From positions 248,001 through 312,000 of the IMG/VR virus record IMGVR_UViG_3300040801_001224: a DNA stretch of 64,000 nt. One strand, 5' to 3'. The translations under genes were made by a program, and so were the position numbers. Shown piece by piece: positions 46,033 through 55,524 of the stretch. The number at the start of each line of letters is the position of its first letter. Within the stretch, counting starts at the first letter, position 1. The notes under the pieces are model-generated. The model ran no database searches. It saw only the letters and a list, made by a program, of their open reading frames with translations, and was not told where the DNA came from.

Positions 46033-46560
46033 TTATAAAGTAACAACTACGTCTTCAAAGGCACTGGCTGGAGTTAATGGACCGATGTCAGTCCAGGATA
46101 CTCCGTCATCTGAGTATTGTACTTGCCAACCTGATCCAGCAGGTTTGTCTGCCGGCCAACCTGGTGGTCTCCAACCATTAATTAAGTTCACACGTTTAAT
46201 GTTTTTCTCATTACCAGCACCAAAATCTTGACCAACCCAACCTTGACCATCATTTCTTAATGAACTCCAGCGATTGCCACTTGCAACGACATTGCTTTTA
46301 TCGATTACATCATTAAACGCATTTTCTTTTAAGAATCTACTATCTAATTCACTGTCAGCAATAGCAAATGAAGTGCCAGTTACATCTGAGCCACCCGTAG
46401 TCTGTTCAAACATCTCAATCTCAATGATATCTAAGTCATTACTGCCTGCGTCAGGTATCCCATTAATTCTCCAATAACGGTGAGCACCACCTGATGATCC
46501 CTCTGCTATTGACTTTGTTTGGCCGCTCTGTTTAATCTGCCCTGCTATTTTTATACTCAT
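46033..46560 (-). CDS. discoidin/F5-8-like carbohydrate-binding virion protein
   Basis: HRYWRI, GWVGQDFG, WQVQYSDDGVSWTD. Confidence 0.7.
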   Translation of the reverse strand: MSIKIAGQIKQSGQTKSIAEGSSGGAHRYWRINGIPDAGSNDLDIIEIEMFEQTTGGSDVTGTSFAIADSELDSRFLKENAFNDVIDKSNVVASGNRWSSLRNDGQGWVGQDFGAGNEKNIKRVNLINGWRPPGWPADKPAGSGWQVQYSDDGVSWTDIGPLTPASAFEDVVVTL

Positions 46561-46573
46561 ATTTTATTTTTCC

Positions 46574-46774
46574 TTAGCAATCAGCTACCTTTGGTTTCTT
46601 ATCTGGATTCTTTTCATTCCATTCTTTTACACGTTTCTTTAGATCTTCACAACCCTGAAGCTTAATTGTTTCTTCTGTAGTCTGAAATTGTGTGGGTGTG
46701 GTTCGCTTCTTGCTCGGGTTAGTACCACAAGCTACGAGCGTGAATATTAATAATAGTGTAACCAGTATTTTCAT
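46574..46774 (-). CDS. small lipoprotein with a Cys pair
   Basis: lipobox LVA|C; GCEDLKKR...ADC*. Confidence 0.75.
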   Translation of the reverse strand: MKILVTLLLIFTLVACGTNPSKKRTTPTQFQTTEETIKLQGCEDLKKRVKEWNEKNPDKKPKVADC

Positions 46775-46787
46775 TATTTATTTTGTT

Positions 46788-47462
46788 CTAACTTGCAGGC
46801 CAACCCGCTGTAAAGCCTGATGGCACAGTATAAACAAAAGGCGAATCCCCAAAGTTTATAGTCTGTGTAAAACCGAGTGAGTTTGACGAAGTGTCTGACA
46901 GAGCAATATGATATGGAACATCCGCTACTGGGTTTGTCGTTGTTGTTTTGTTGGCAGTATTACCTGCTTCAATTTCAGATATAGTTGCGCCTTCCAAATA
47001 AACACCATTGCGTGATAGCCATATAGCATTATTGTCTAAGTCGATCGCCAATCCGAATACATCTCCTGCAACTGCCTGCAAGATAGAGTCGATATCTCTA
47101 CCCACGCCAGTGCCTAGGTCATGTATGCCAAAGGATGCCCAATTACTCTGTGTGCCTGAATACAGATACCCTGTGGTACGTACAAGACCAAACCACAGAC
47201 TGTTATCTGGGTTAGTGTCCAGCGTGAGCTCCACATAGTATTTGCCAGTTTCGTAAGTTGACACTGACCGAACTCCGCCGCGGCCGCCACCCACTTTGCT
47301 TGCCTGTAATCCTGACACAGACCAGTAGTCTGTTGGGCTGGGGAATGCTCCGGCTGGAGCTGGATAATCCCATGAATCTCCTGATGGTGGTGGTGGTGGC
47401 TGATCACCTGCTTTAAAGCTTCCCGATGGTACCTTGAAGCTTCCTGATAATTTTAAAGTCAT
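46788..47462 (-). CDS. SPRY/B30.2-like domain protein
   Basis: GKYYVELT, GDVFGLAIDLD..IW..RNG, INFG.SPF...PSGF. Confidence 0.8.
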   Translation of the reverse strand: MTLKLSGSFKVPSGSFKAGDQPPPPPSGDSWDYPAPAGAFPSPTDYWSVSGLQASKVGGGRGGVRSVSTYETGKYYVELTLDTNPDNSLWFGLVRTTGYLYSGTQSNWASFGIHDLGTGVGRDIDSILQAVAGDVFGLAIDLDNNAIWLSRNGVYLEGATISEIEAGNTANKTTTTNPVADVPYHIALSDTSSNSLGFTQTINFGDSPFVYTVPSGFTAGWPAS

Positions 47463-47578
47463 AGTTTGTTCCTCTTGGTTATGTTACACTTATTTATCAT
47501 AAAAACGCATAACCCATCAGGAAAGCTATATTACAAGACTTTAGATAAATACTACTATTATTAACGGGTTTTATTTAT

Positions 47579-48181
47579 ATGTTTAGATTTACTGGCCGTA
47601 ACAATGTTACAGGCGGACAAGTATTTGTCAAGTCACAACAATTTATAACTACATTCGATGGTGAGGTGCTGACATTCTCAACACCCAGCAACTGGACTGA
47701 ACCGGACGTGGTTGAATTTACTGTGTCATTTCCTGACGCAGTGGCCAGATCAGACTTCTATTCACTAGGCGGTCAAACTCGTGTCAGCTTATCGCAGACT
47801 GACGCCACGCCTAACCAACAAAACGCATCTATCGAATCGATGCTGGACTCAATTGGCCTAATTATATTTGGTGATGATGATACCATCAACTCTGGCGTAA
47901 ACGGTGTGAGTGCCGGGTTAGGGTTCATTGACTTAACGACAGCTTACCAGACTATCTTTAGCGCAACATCAATTGTTGGTGGTAACTATGTGAACGACAG
48001 CATCACAATTGACGCAAGACTCGACAATGACAACTTTGCTGTCGTATTCAGAATCACAATCGTTGATGGCTTTGATGGTGTTATTGACGAGCCAGTTGAC
48101 GGCACCTTAAACGTATTTGTTGATGAGCGTAGATTCTACGCACAGCCAAGCCCAACATATACTATTGGTCTACTCCCATAG
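47579..48181 (+). CDS. virion protein, paralog of the 10246 N-terminal domain
   Basis: shared GGQ.R, QN.SI..ML..IG, YQTIF, DE.VDGTL motifs. Confidence 0.75.
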   Translation: MFRFTGRNNVTGGQVFVKSQQFITTFDGEVLTFSTPSNWTEPDVVEFTVSFPDAVARSDFYSLGGQTRVSLSQTDATPNQQNASIESMLDSIGLIIFGDDDTINSGVNGVSAGLGFIDLTTAYQTIFSATSIVGGNYVNDSITIDARLDNDNFAVVFRITIVDGFDGVIDEPVDGTLNVFVDERRFYAQPSPTYTIGLLP

Positions 48182-48228
48182 ACACTCCTTGATTCCTATT
48201 TGACATAACCACTTTATCGTGCTATAAT

Positions 48229-48630
48229 ATGGCTATGAGTATGATACATGGTGACAATAAATATCGTCCTAGGCGCAAGTCTAAAAAGATGAAAGCTAAA
48301 GAGCAAGAGCTTAAGGCCATACAGCGTCAACGAGCTCGTGAGCGTAAGGACGATATCAAGAATATGAAAACATGGACGCCATCTGCCGGCAACTATCGCC
48401 GTGATGCTGGAGTACATATCCCCTCGCACCAGAGGCGTGAAACAGCACAGCAGGATAAGCTAAAAACGGCACAACACAATACACTGGAAATGAGTCCGGA
48501 AATGATTGAACGTGAAGAAGCCGCGCAGGCTGAGATAGAACGTAAAAAGAAATGTGTTGCTCCGCTATATAACAAAGGAACATACCAACCTGTATGGACT
48601 GAAGATCAAGCTAAGGACGTAGGCCGGTGA
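48229..48630 (+). CDS. basic hypothetical protein
   Basis: ORF track; promoter 48200-48228. Confidence 0.7.
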   Translation: MAMSMIHGDNKYRPRRKSKKMKAKEQELKAIQRQRARERKDDIKNMKTWTPSAGNYRRDAGVHIPSHQRRETAQQDKLKTAQHNTLEMSPEMIEREEAAQAEIERKKKCVAPLYNKGTYQPVWTEDQAKDVGR

Positions 48631-48836
48631 TTGACGATTACACAATATACTACAAGCCAGCACCAATAGGCTCGTCAACACATACGATACGAGACGGCTA
48701 CCTGGGTATGTTGGATTGGAGAGATGACAACAAGGTTGATATGAAAATATTCGCTCCAAACAAGCGCAAGGGTTATAGGTTAGTATTTAAGAATAAAGAA
48801 GACCTACTAGCATTCAAATTGACATTTAGTGTGTGA
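48627..48836 (+). CDS. small protein of the FxxxxDxxxFxL family
   Basis: LVFKNKEDLLAFKLTF. Confidence 0.65.
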   Translation: MIDDYTIYYKPAPIGSSTHTIRDGYLGMLDWRDDNKVDMKIFAPNKRKGYRLVFKNKEDLLAFKLTFSV

Positions 48837-48856
48837 AATAAATTAAAAGGTGAATA

Positions 48857-49939
48857 ATGGAAACTATATTACTGTTAGTATTTATACCAATCACTATTGC
48901 CATCATAGCAAAGGTGTGGCTTAAAGCTACTATTACATGGCAAGAGTTTGCTATACAAGCAGTGGCTTGTTTTGTGATTATTGCTGTCGTGTACGGCTTA
49001 GGACGTTTCGGACAAACGATGGACACACAATTAATTACAGGTGAAGTAGTGGATAAAGTGAGGCATCACGACTCCTATGTCCGATCTTATCGATGTAATT
49101 GTTATACGACATGCTCTGGCAGTGGTAATAACAGGACTTGTACTGAGACATGTAGCACTTGCTATGAAGACCGGTACACGGTGGACTGGTATTTGAAGAC
49201 TACCATTGGACGTATTAATATTGACTCACTTGATAGATCCAGCAGAAGCGTTTATAATAGGCCAGACCCATCAGCGTATACCAATGCTGTCATTGGTGAA
49301 GCGTGTTCAAAGACTGATATGTATACAAACTATATTAAGGCAGTGCCTGAAAGCTTGTTTAGTAAGGAATCTGCTATCGATGACTCACAGTTTTCACTAC
49401 CGGAATACCCACGGGTGCATTCAATCTATAAGGTAAATCGTGTTATTGGAGCTGGTTCAACTAAAGAGTTACGTGATCGCTTGGATGAACATATGAAAAC
49501 CATTGGCCCTAACAAGCAGGCCAACATAATTTTTGTGGGTACCAATAGTCCCGACCCAAGTTACCGATATGCTCTAGAGCGCAAGTGGGTTGGTGGTAAG
49601 AAAAATGACCTCATTGTTGTCGTTGGCTTAGATGATAAAAAAATAACCTGGGCAGATGTCATTACACTAGGCGGCAACGCGGGTAACGAATTAACCACTG
49701 TTAAAATACGTGATATCCTAACAGGCACAAACTATAGCACAAAATCTATTGACGATGTCGCTGATATCGTCACAAAGCATTTCGATAGGAAGCCAATGGC
49801 TGACTACGAATACCTAAAGGATGAGATTGAACCACCAACATGGGTATTGGTCTTAGCCTTTATATTAGGAACAATTGTTAGCATAGGCCTAACATATGTT
49901 TTCCATGTAAATGATATCAGAAACTACAGGAGATACTGA
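48857..49939 (+). CDS. membrane protein with Cys-rich periplasmic region, possibly TPM-like
   Basis: two N-terminal TM helices, CNCYTTC..CTETCSTC, GGKKNDLIVVVG, C-terminal TM. Confidence 0.75.
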   Translation: METILLLVFIPITIAIIAKVWLKATITWQEFAIQAVACFVIIAVVYGLGRFGQTMDTQLITGEVVDKVRHHDSYVRSYRCNCYTTCSGSGNNRTCTETCSTCYEDRYTVDWYLKTTIGRINIDSLDRSSRSVYNRPDPSAYTNAVIGEACSKTDMYTNYIKAVPESLFSKESAIDDSQFSLPEYPRVHSIYKVNRVIGAGSTKELRDRLDEHMKTIGPNKQANIIFVGTNSPDPSYRYALERKWVGGKKNDLIVVVGLDDKKITWADVITLGGNAGNELTTVKIRDILTGTNYSTKSIDDVADIVTKHFDRKPMADYEYLKDEIEPPTWVLVLAFILGTIVSIGLTYVFHVNDIRNYRRY

Positions 49940-50496
49940 TGAAAACCGCACTATTTGGAGTTATTGGATTTATTGTATTACTTATTGGCGTTGTTGTGAC
50001 AAGCTACATTAGCAACTATAACTATGGTAATCGAATTGAAAAGCAAATTGAAGCTGAGTACGAGAATACACAGAACATCTTGTCACAGTATTCAAACAAA
50101 ATTGCTGAGATTGCCCAGGTACCAGGCATGGCACGTGACGACCTTAAAGAAGTTTACACTGAGGTAATGGGTGGACGTTATGGCGACAATGGTTCTAAGG
50201 CTATGATGCAATGGATCACTGAGCAGAACCCACAACTAGATGCGTCACTGTACACAAACATCCAGCAAGCTATGGAAGCTGGACGTACCAAATTTGAGAA
50301 CGCACAGACTAAATTGATTGATCACAAACGACAGTATGAAACTAACCTGGGTTACTTGTGGAAAGGTACTTGGTTACGTATTGCCGGTTATCCTAAACTT
50401 GATTTAGATGAGATTAAGATCATTAAGAGTGATTACTCAAACGAAGCATACGAGTCTGGTGTTGAAAACGGCATCCAGTTACGCAAGGAGCAGTAA
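49939..50496 (+). CDS. LemA-like membrane-anchored protein
   Basis: N-terminal TM, YN....., helical body, LRIAGYP tail. Confidence 0.6.
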   Translation: MKTALFGVIGFIVLLIGVVVTSYISNYNYGNRIEKQIEAEYENTQNILSQYSNKIAEIAQVPGMARDDLKEVYTEVMGGRYGDNGSKAMMQWITEQNPQLDASLYTNIQQAMEAGRTKFENAQTKLIDHKRQYETNLGYLWKGTWLRIAGYPKLDLDEIKIIKSDYSNEAYESGVENGIQLRKEQ

Positions 50497-50861
50497 TGGA
50501 CTTTGAGTCTGTCGGCGATGATATGCTGGACACCATATTAATTTTTATTGTGTATGGGTATCATCCTGGCAGTTGCGCTGAAGCTCTATTGCGTGAAGAT
50601 TTAGAAGGCGCCATGGCCAAGGCACATCCCTGGCTTAAGCATAGAGCAGACAAACACGATACTTATGTAGAATACTACCTTGATATTGTGAAAAGTTGTG
50701 TTCCAGACTATTGTAAGAAGGAAAACTTTGATACATGGCGTGGTTTTGATGGAAACAAATCTAAGGCGTTAGAAGAAGAAGTATTCGTTGAAATGTTAAA
50801 TGGTATGAGTAAATCAGAAGCAGTATTACACGTATTAATTGAAGAGGGTAGAATAGAATGA
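50496..50861 (+). CDS. hypothetical protein
   Basis: ORF track; coupling. Confidence 0.65.
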   Translation: MDFESVGDDMLDTILIFIVYGYHPGSCAEALLREDLEGAMAKAHPWLKHRADKHDTYVEYYLDIVKSCVPDYCKKENFDTWRGFDGNKSKALEEEVFVEMLNGMSKSEAVLHVLIEEGRIE

Positions 50862-51307
50862 GATGTTATCATTTTGGTAATATGTATATGTCAAGTATAC
50901 AACAGGGCATACAAGCGGCCCACGCACAAATGGAGTTATTTGTGAAGTATAATCCTTGTGGTCAGTCTGAAGATCCGCATTTTGACCAGGCACTAAGTTC
51001 ATTGTATGATTGGGCTGAGAGCTACAAGACAATGATCTGTCTGAATGGTGGCATGGATTTGAATCTAAAGGAGATTAAGGAATATTTTGAACTTCCGGAA
51101 AATCCTTATCCTTGGGCATACTTTAATGAAAGCCACGACGCAATGGATGGCATGCTAACAAATGTTGCCATTGTTTTGCCTGAAGAGATTTATGAAGCCG
51201 CAAAAGAAGCCAAAAAGAATGGTGACGGTACGTTACTGTATAAGGGATTGAAATCTTATGATCTGGGGATCATAAGATTACTCAATGGTTGTGGGCTGGC
51301 TCGATAA
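50858..51307 (+). CDS. peptidyl-tRNA hydrolase 2-like protein
   Basis: IQQGIQAAHA, KTMICLNG, F.E..D....TNVAIV resemble Pth2 fold. Confidence 0.55.
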   Translation: MRCYHFGNMYMSSIQQGIQAAHAQMELFVKYNPCGQSEDPHFDQALSSLYDWAESYKTMICLNGGMDLNLKEIKEYFELPENPYPWAYFNESHDAMDGMLTNVAIVLPEEIYEAAKEAKKNGDGTLLYKGLKSYDLGIIRLLNGCGLAR

Positions 51308-51319
51308 GCTTGGCTTTAA

Positions 51320-51970
51320 GTGAATATAGGAGATATCATGAGACGTTTTAGAATAGATGGCGGGAAATATGGTGGCGAGATAGTGTTAGGCACTGTGTCT
51401 GCTGAGTTTGTGGAGTATTGGCAAGGTCGTGACCCAGAAGAATTAGTTGAGTACATCCAAACTGAGGGTGAATCAGATCCTGACAGCCCTGAACTAGATG
51501 GCTACATCTGGGACTGTGACGATTACGAGCATGTCAGCACAGTGTACGCAGATGGTGAATTGTTCGTCACTGAGGTTCCAGCAGATGGTTCAGACGATTG
51601 GGATTACGGTGAAGTACTAACCCGCTCAAATATGTTTGAATCACACTACTCACGTGAAGCATACCATTATGAAGAACCAGTGAACGACAGCGATGATCCA
51701 ATCGTGGCTTATCATAGTTCAGAAAAAGGTGACCACGTATCCTGGTTCCTAGACGCCGAGGATTTCGATCCAGAGTTGATCACGTTAGGTGTTGTCGAAA
51801 CTGAGTTTGGTGAATTCATCGAAGCATTATATTATGATGGCATAGAACTTGACATGAACTTGGATAATGCGGGAACTCACACCAACTATGTTGTTGCAGG
51901 TGTTGGTTACATGAATCGCGAAGATCATGAGTCACAAGAAGATGCGCTGGAGTGGTTGGAAGATGAGTGA
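51320..51970 (+). CDS. very acidic hypothetical protein
   Basis: ORF track. Confidence 0.7.
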   Translation: MNIGDIMRRFRIDGGKYGGEIVLGTVSAEFVEYWQGRDPEELVEYIQTEGESDPDSPELDGYIWDCDDYEHVSTVYADGELFVTEVPADGSDDWDYGEVLTRSNMFESHYSREAYHYEEPVNDSDDPIVAYHSSEKGDHVSWFLDAEDFDPELITLGVVETEFGEFIEALYYDGIELDMNLDNAGTHTNYVVAGVGYMNREDHESQEDALEWLEDE

Positions 51971-52199
51971 AACATTAATGAAGGCCAAGTTAGAAGGCGT
52001 CCGGCTCTGCGAAATTGTTATTGATGGCGACCTCATGACTATTGAAGAATATGATGACTGTTTGCGAGATGGGTGCATCATACCAAGTGATGGTGTCGGC
52101 ACTTATGTAATTGATAATATGGAATCCGATGTCTGGGCTTCATTTACTGTAGGTGACCATCCTGACTGGGCAACACATGTGTTATGGTTTAACACATAA
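51963..52199 (+). CDS. hypothetical protein
   Basis: ORF 51927..52199; DGVGTY, W.FN. Confidence 0.6.
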   Translation: MSETLMKAKLEGVRLCEIVIDGDLMTIEEYDDCLRDGCIIPSDGVGTYVIDNMESDVWASFTVGDHPDWATHVLWFNT

Positions 52200-52519
52200 T
52201 GGTAGCATCTGATTGTAATCCAGCAGTTATTGAAACGATAACTCAGAACGTAGAAAAGCTCAAAAGGTTTCAGGTATATGAGCAGACCTTTGAATTTGAA
52301 AGATCAGATACCCTGGAAAAATATGTAACACTTGTGACACCGGGGTTGTATTGTGTAACAACTCACATGGATATCCTTCCACTTGTAACATTTTTACATG
52401 AATCGGCCATAAGCTTGTGGGCAGTAGGTGCTTATAAGGACTCAGATCCCTTGACGGCTGTATTCACTAATCCGGAAGATACGTTCTTATTTAAGATACT
52501 GGGGGGTGGCATTAAATGA
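52199..52519 (+). CDS. protein of the FxxxxDxxxFxL family
   Basis: VFTNPEDTFLFKI. Confidence 0.6.
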   Translation: MVASDCNPAVIETITQNVEKLKRFQVYEQTFEFERSDTLEKYVTLVTPGLYCVTTHMDILPLVTFLHESAISLWAVGAYKDSDPLTAVFTNPEDTFLFKILGGGIK

Positions 52520-52719
52520 AACGCATTGTGTTTAACAGTAAATCACAAAAAGAATGTATGGGAGTAATAGAACATCTTGAAGAAGCAGGAATAGACTTTG
52601 CCCCCTACAACATGGATTATGTCGCAACGGGCAAGTGGGCATTAAAGCTTACATTTAGAACTAAAGAAGATGAATTCTTATTTAAGATGATGTATAAGTC
52701 TAAGTCACTCTTACCTTGA
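52516..52719 (+). CDS. small protein of the FxxxxDxxxFxL family
   Basis: LTFRTKEDEFLFKM. Confidence 0.65.
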   Translation: MKRIVFNSKSQKECMGVIEHLEEAGIDFAPYNMDYVATGKWALKLTFRTKEDEFLFKMMYKSKSLLP

Positions 52720-52744
52720 CAAGATCACTTTTCTATTGTATAAT
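52716..52744 (+). promoter_or_regulatory. sigma70-type early promoter of NAD operon
   Basis: TTGACA-17-TATAAT. Confidence 0.85.
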
Positions 52745-52820
52745 GTATACATTAGATAAATAATATTAGTAAAGGGATAGACCCATTACTAATCAAAACA
52801 TTAATTATAGGGAGTCTATA

Positions 52821-53867
52821 ATGTCTAAACAATACGATCTAATCGTCTTTATAGGGCGATGTGAGCCTAACCATATAGGTCACAATAAAATTATCCGCAA
52901 AGCTACAGAAATGTCCAACAGTGTTCTAGTACTGTTGGGAAGCGCAAATCGACCACGTTCAATTAAAAACCCATTTACTTTTGAAGAAAGAAAGAAGTTC
53001 ATCCAAAGAATATTTGGTTCTGCTAAAGTTGAAGGTATCATTGATTACGACTACCAGGATACACTGTGGACTGAGCAAGTCTACCAAGCAGTAGACAACA
53101 ACCTTAAGGACCGTGGGTTAAATCCACGTGATGCTAAAATTGCTGTCCTTGGTCATGAGAAAGATGAATCATCATACTACTTACAATTATTTCCTACCTG
53201 GAAGTTCTTAGACTTTGGAAAGTTTACTGGAGATGGTAATCAATTAATCGACGCCACCAAAATACGTGAACTTTACTTTGAAGGTCATTTAGAATATTTG
53301 CGTGGTGTACTTGATCGCACTACTTATAACGAAATGTCTGCTTTTATGATTACCAAAGAGTATAAGCAGTTGGTTAAAGAGTATGAGTTCATTAAAAAGT
53401 ATAAAGAGCAATGGGCCGATAGTCCTTATCCACCAACATTTATGACTGTGGATGCCATTGTTATTCAAGGCAGTCACGTACTACTCATCAAGCGTAAGTC
53501 AGAACCAGGCAAAGGGCTGTGGGCCATGCCAGGTGGTTTCATACAGCCTTATGAAGTATGTAAGGATGCTATGTTGCGTGAGCTTAAGGAAGAAACAAAG
53601 CTAAAAGTACCTACTCCAATATTAGAAAAGAGCATTGTACACCAGCAATTGTTTGATGATCCAGGCCGTTCAACGCGGGGGAGAACATTCACACAGGCGT
53701 TCTTAATTCATCTAACAGGCGGTAACGGTGAGTTACCAAAAGTCAAAGGTGCTGACGATGCTGAAGAAGCACGTTGGGTTCCACTACACGAATTTGAGAA
53801 CATGAGTGCAGAAATGTATGAGGATCATTACTCAATTGTACACTTAATGAAAGGTTTTATAAACTAA
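52821..53867 (+). CDS. nadM: bifunctional NMN adenylyltransferase / ADP-ribose pyrophosphatase
   Basis: FIGRCEPNHIGH, LGSAN, KNPFTFEER, DAT.IR; Nudix GG......A..REL.EET. Confidence 0.95.
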   Translation: MSKQYDLIVFIGRCEPNHIGHNKIIRKATEMSNSVLVLLGSANRPRSIKNPFTFEERKKFIQRIFGSAKVEGIIDYDYQDTLWTEQVYQAVDNNLKDRGLNPRDAKIAVLGHEKDESSYYLQLFPTWKFLDFGKFTGDGNQLIDATKIRELYFEGHLEYLRGVLDRTTYNEMSAFMITKEYKQLVKEYEFIKKYKEQWADSPYPPTFMTVDAIVIQGSHVLLIKRKSEPGKGLWAMPGGFIQPYEVCKDAMLRELKEETKLKVPTPILEKSIVHQQLFDDPGRSTRGRTFTQAFLIHLTGGNGELPKVKGADDAEEARWVPLHEFENMSAEMYEDHYSIVHLMKGFIN

Positions 53868-53916
53868 AGTCCTAAGAATAGACTTGGGCAATCAACCAAT
53901 AAAGGGAGACTTTATT

Positions 53917-55413
53917 ATGAAAAACTTCGAAAACGGCCTACTGAGCCAAATCAGAAACACATATGGTATCGCAAGCGATACTGACTCTTACAAACTATCT
54001 CACCACGTCCAATACAAGTTGGGTGCTGACATGATGATTTCATATATTGAATCACGTGGCGGTGAGTTTGATGAAACTGTATGGTTTGGCCTACAGTTAA
54101 TCATTAAAGAATACTTGATGCAACCTATTACCAGCGAACAAGTTGATAACATGATTGCGTTTGAAAAAACACACCTTGGCGGTAACGTTACTGGTGACTT
54201 GGAAATTGCTCTACGCACTGTAGTCGAAGATTATGATGGCATGTTGCCAATTCGCATACGTGCTGTGGAAGAAGGTTCAATCATCCCAGTTAAAAATGTG
54301 CTGGCAACCATTGAAACCAGTGTTCCAGACCCACGCATCTTTAGCTTAGTTTCTTACTTTGAGACTAAGATCCTACGTGTTTGGGCACCAACTACTGTAG
54401 CCACTATGAGCTACAATATCCGCAAGCATATCCTTGCTGGCTTAGAACTAACGAGTGAAGATCCACAAGGACAAATTCCATTCAAGTTACACGACTTCGG
54501 TGCTCGAGGTGTGAGCTCATTGGAGACTGCGGCATTTGCTGGTGCTGGACACTTAGTTTCATTCCTGGGTAGTGATACAACCATTGCTATCATGGCCGCT
54601 AACTTGGGGTACAATGAAGAAATGAGTGCTTTTAGCATCCCAGCTTCAGAACACAGCACAACCACAATGTGGGGTCCTGATGGTGAGCAAGCGTTCGTAG
54701 ACAACATGTTTAAGAACTACGCTAAAGAAGGAGCTATCTTTGCTACAGTAGCAGACAGCTTTGATATTCTTAACTTCGTAGATCGGATTGCGCCTAAGAT
54801 GAAAGACCGTTTGATTGAGTCTGGTGCTACATGGGTTATACGCCCTGACAGTGGTGATCCAGTACTCACTCCGATTAACGTTGTTGAAAAGCTCGCCGAA
54901 CACTTTGGTTACGAAGTCAATGCTAAGGGCTTTAAAGTTCTTAACAATGTACGTGTTATCCAGGGTGACGGCATCAATATTGATGATGTACGTGACATTG
55001 TTGATATCATGATCCAGAAGGGTTGGAGTATTGACAACATTGCGTTTGGTATGGGCGGTGGCCTGTTACAAAAGAACAACCGTGATACACAGAAGTTCGC
55101 AATGAAATGCTGTGCCGCACGTATTGATGGCGAATGGGTTGATGTGTACAAAGACCCTAAGATCTACGATCCAAACACTTGGGGCGTAATCAACAAGCAG
55201 GGTGACAACGGCTTTAAAACATCCAAGAAAGGACGCTTAGAGCTTATGTACAACTCACAGACTGACACTTGGGAGACTATGCCTAAGAGTATTGCCAACG
55301 ATTACAATGGCAAGTTTGGGTGGACTAAGAAGCTGGAAACAGTATATGAAAACGGCAGATTAGTCAAAGACCTAACCCTGGCGCAGGTCCGTGCCAACGC
55401 CGGAACATTCTAA
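53917..55413 (+). CDS. nadV: nicotinamide phosphoribosyltransferase
   Basis: DTDSYK.SH, LHDFGARG, PASEHS, VADSFD, IRPDSGDP, IQGDG, GMGGGLLQ. Confidence 0.95.
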   Translation: MKNFENGLLSQIRNTYGIASDTDSYKLSHHVQYKLGADMMISYIESRGGEFDETVWFGLQLIIKEYLMQPITSEQVDNMIAFEKTHLGGNVTGDLEIALRTVVEDYDGMLPIRIRAVEEGSIIPVKNVLATIETSVPDPRIFSLVSYFETKILRVWAPTTVATMSYNIRKHILAGLELTSEDPQGQIPFKLHDFGARGVSSLETAAFAGAGHLVSFLGSDTTIAIMAANLGYNEEMSAFSIPASEHSTTTMWGPDGEQAFVDNMFKNYAKEGAIFATVADSFDILNFVDRIAPKMKDRLIESGATWVIRPDSGDPVLTPINVVEKLAEHFGYEVNAKGFKVLNNVRVIQGDGINIDDVRDIVDIMIQKGWSIDNIAFGMGGGLLQKNNRDTQKFAMKCCAARIDGEWVDVYKDPKIYDPNTWGVINKQGDNGFKTSKKGRLELMYNSQTDTWETMPKSIANDYNGKFGWTKKLETVYENGRLVKDLTLAQVRANAGTF

Positions 55414-55462
55414 ATCTCCGGTAACCACTCGAAATGGGAGGGTAATTTATCCTCCCATTCCC

Positions 55463-55491
55463 TTGACATAACCACTTTTCTGTAGTATAAT
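55463..55491 (+). promoter_or_regulatory. sigma70-type early promoter with CCAC box
   Basis: TTGACA-17-TATAAT. Confidence 0.85.
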
Positions 55492-55524
55492 ATGTATAAA
55501 TAATATTAAAGAGGACTTTATTAT

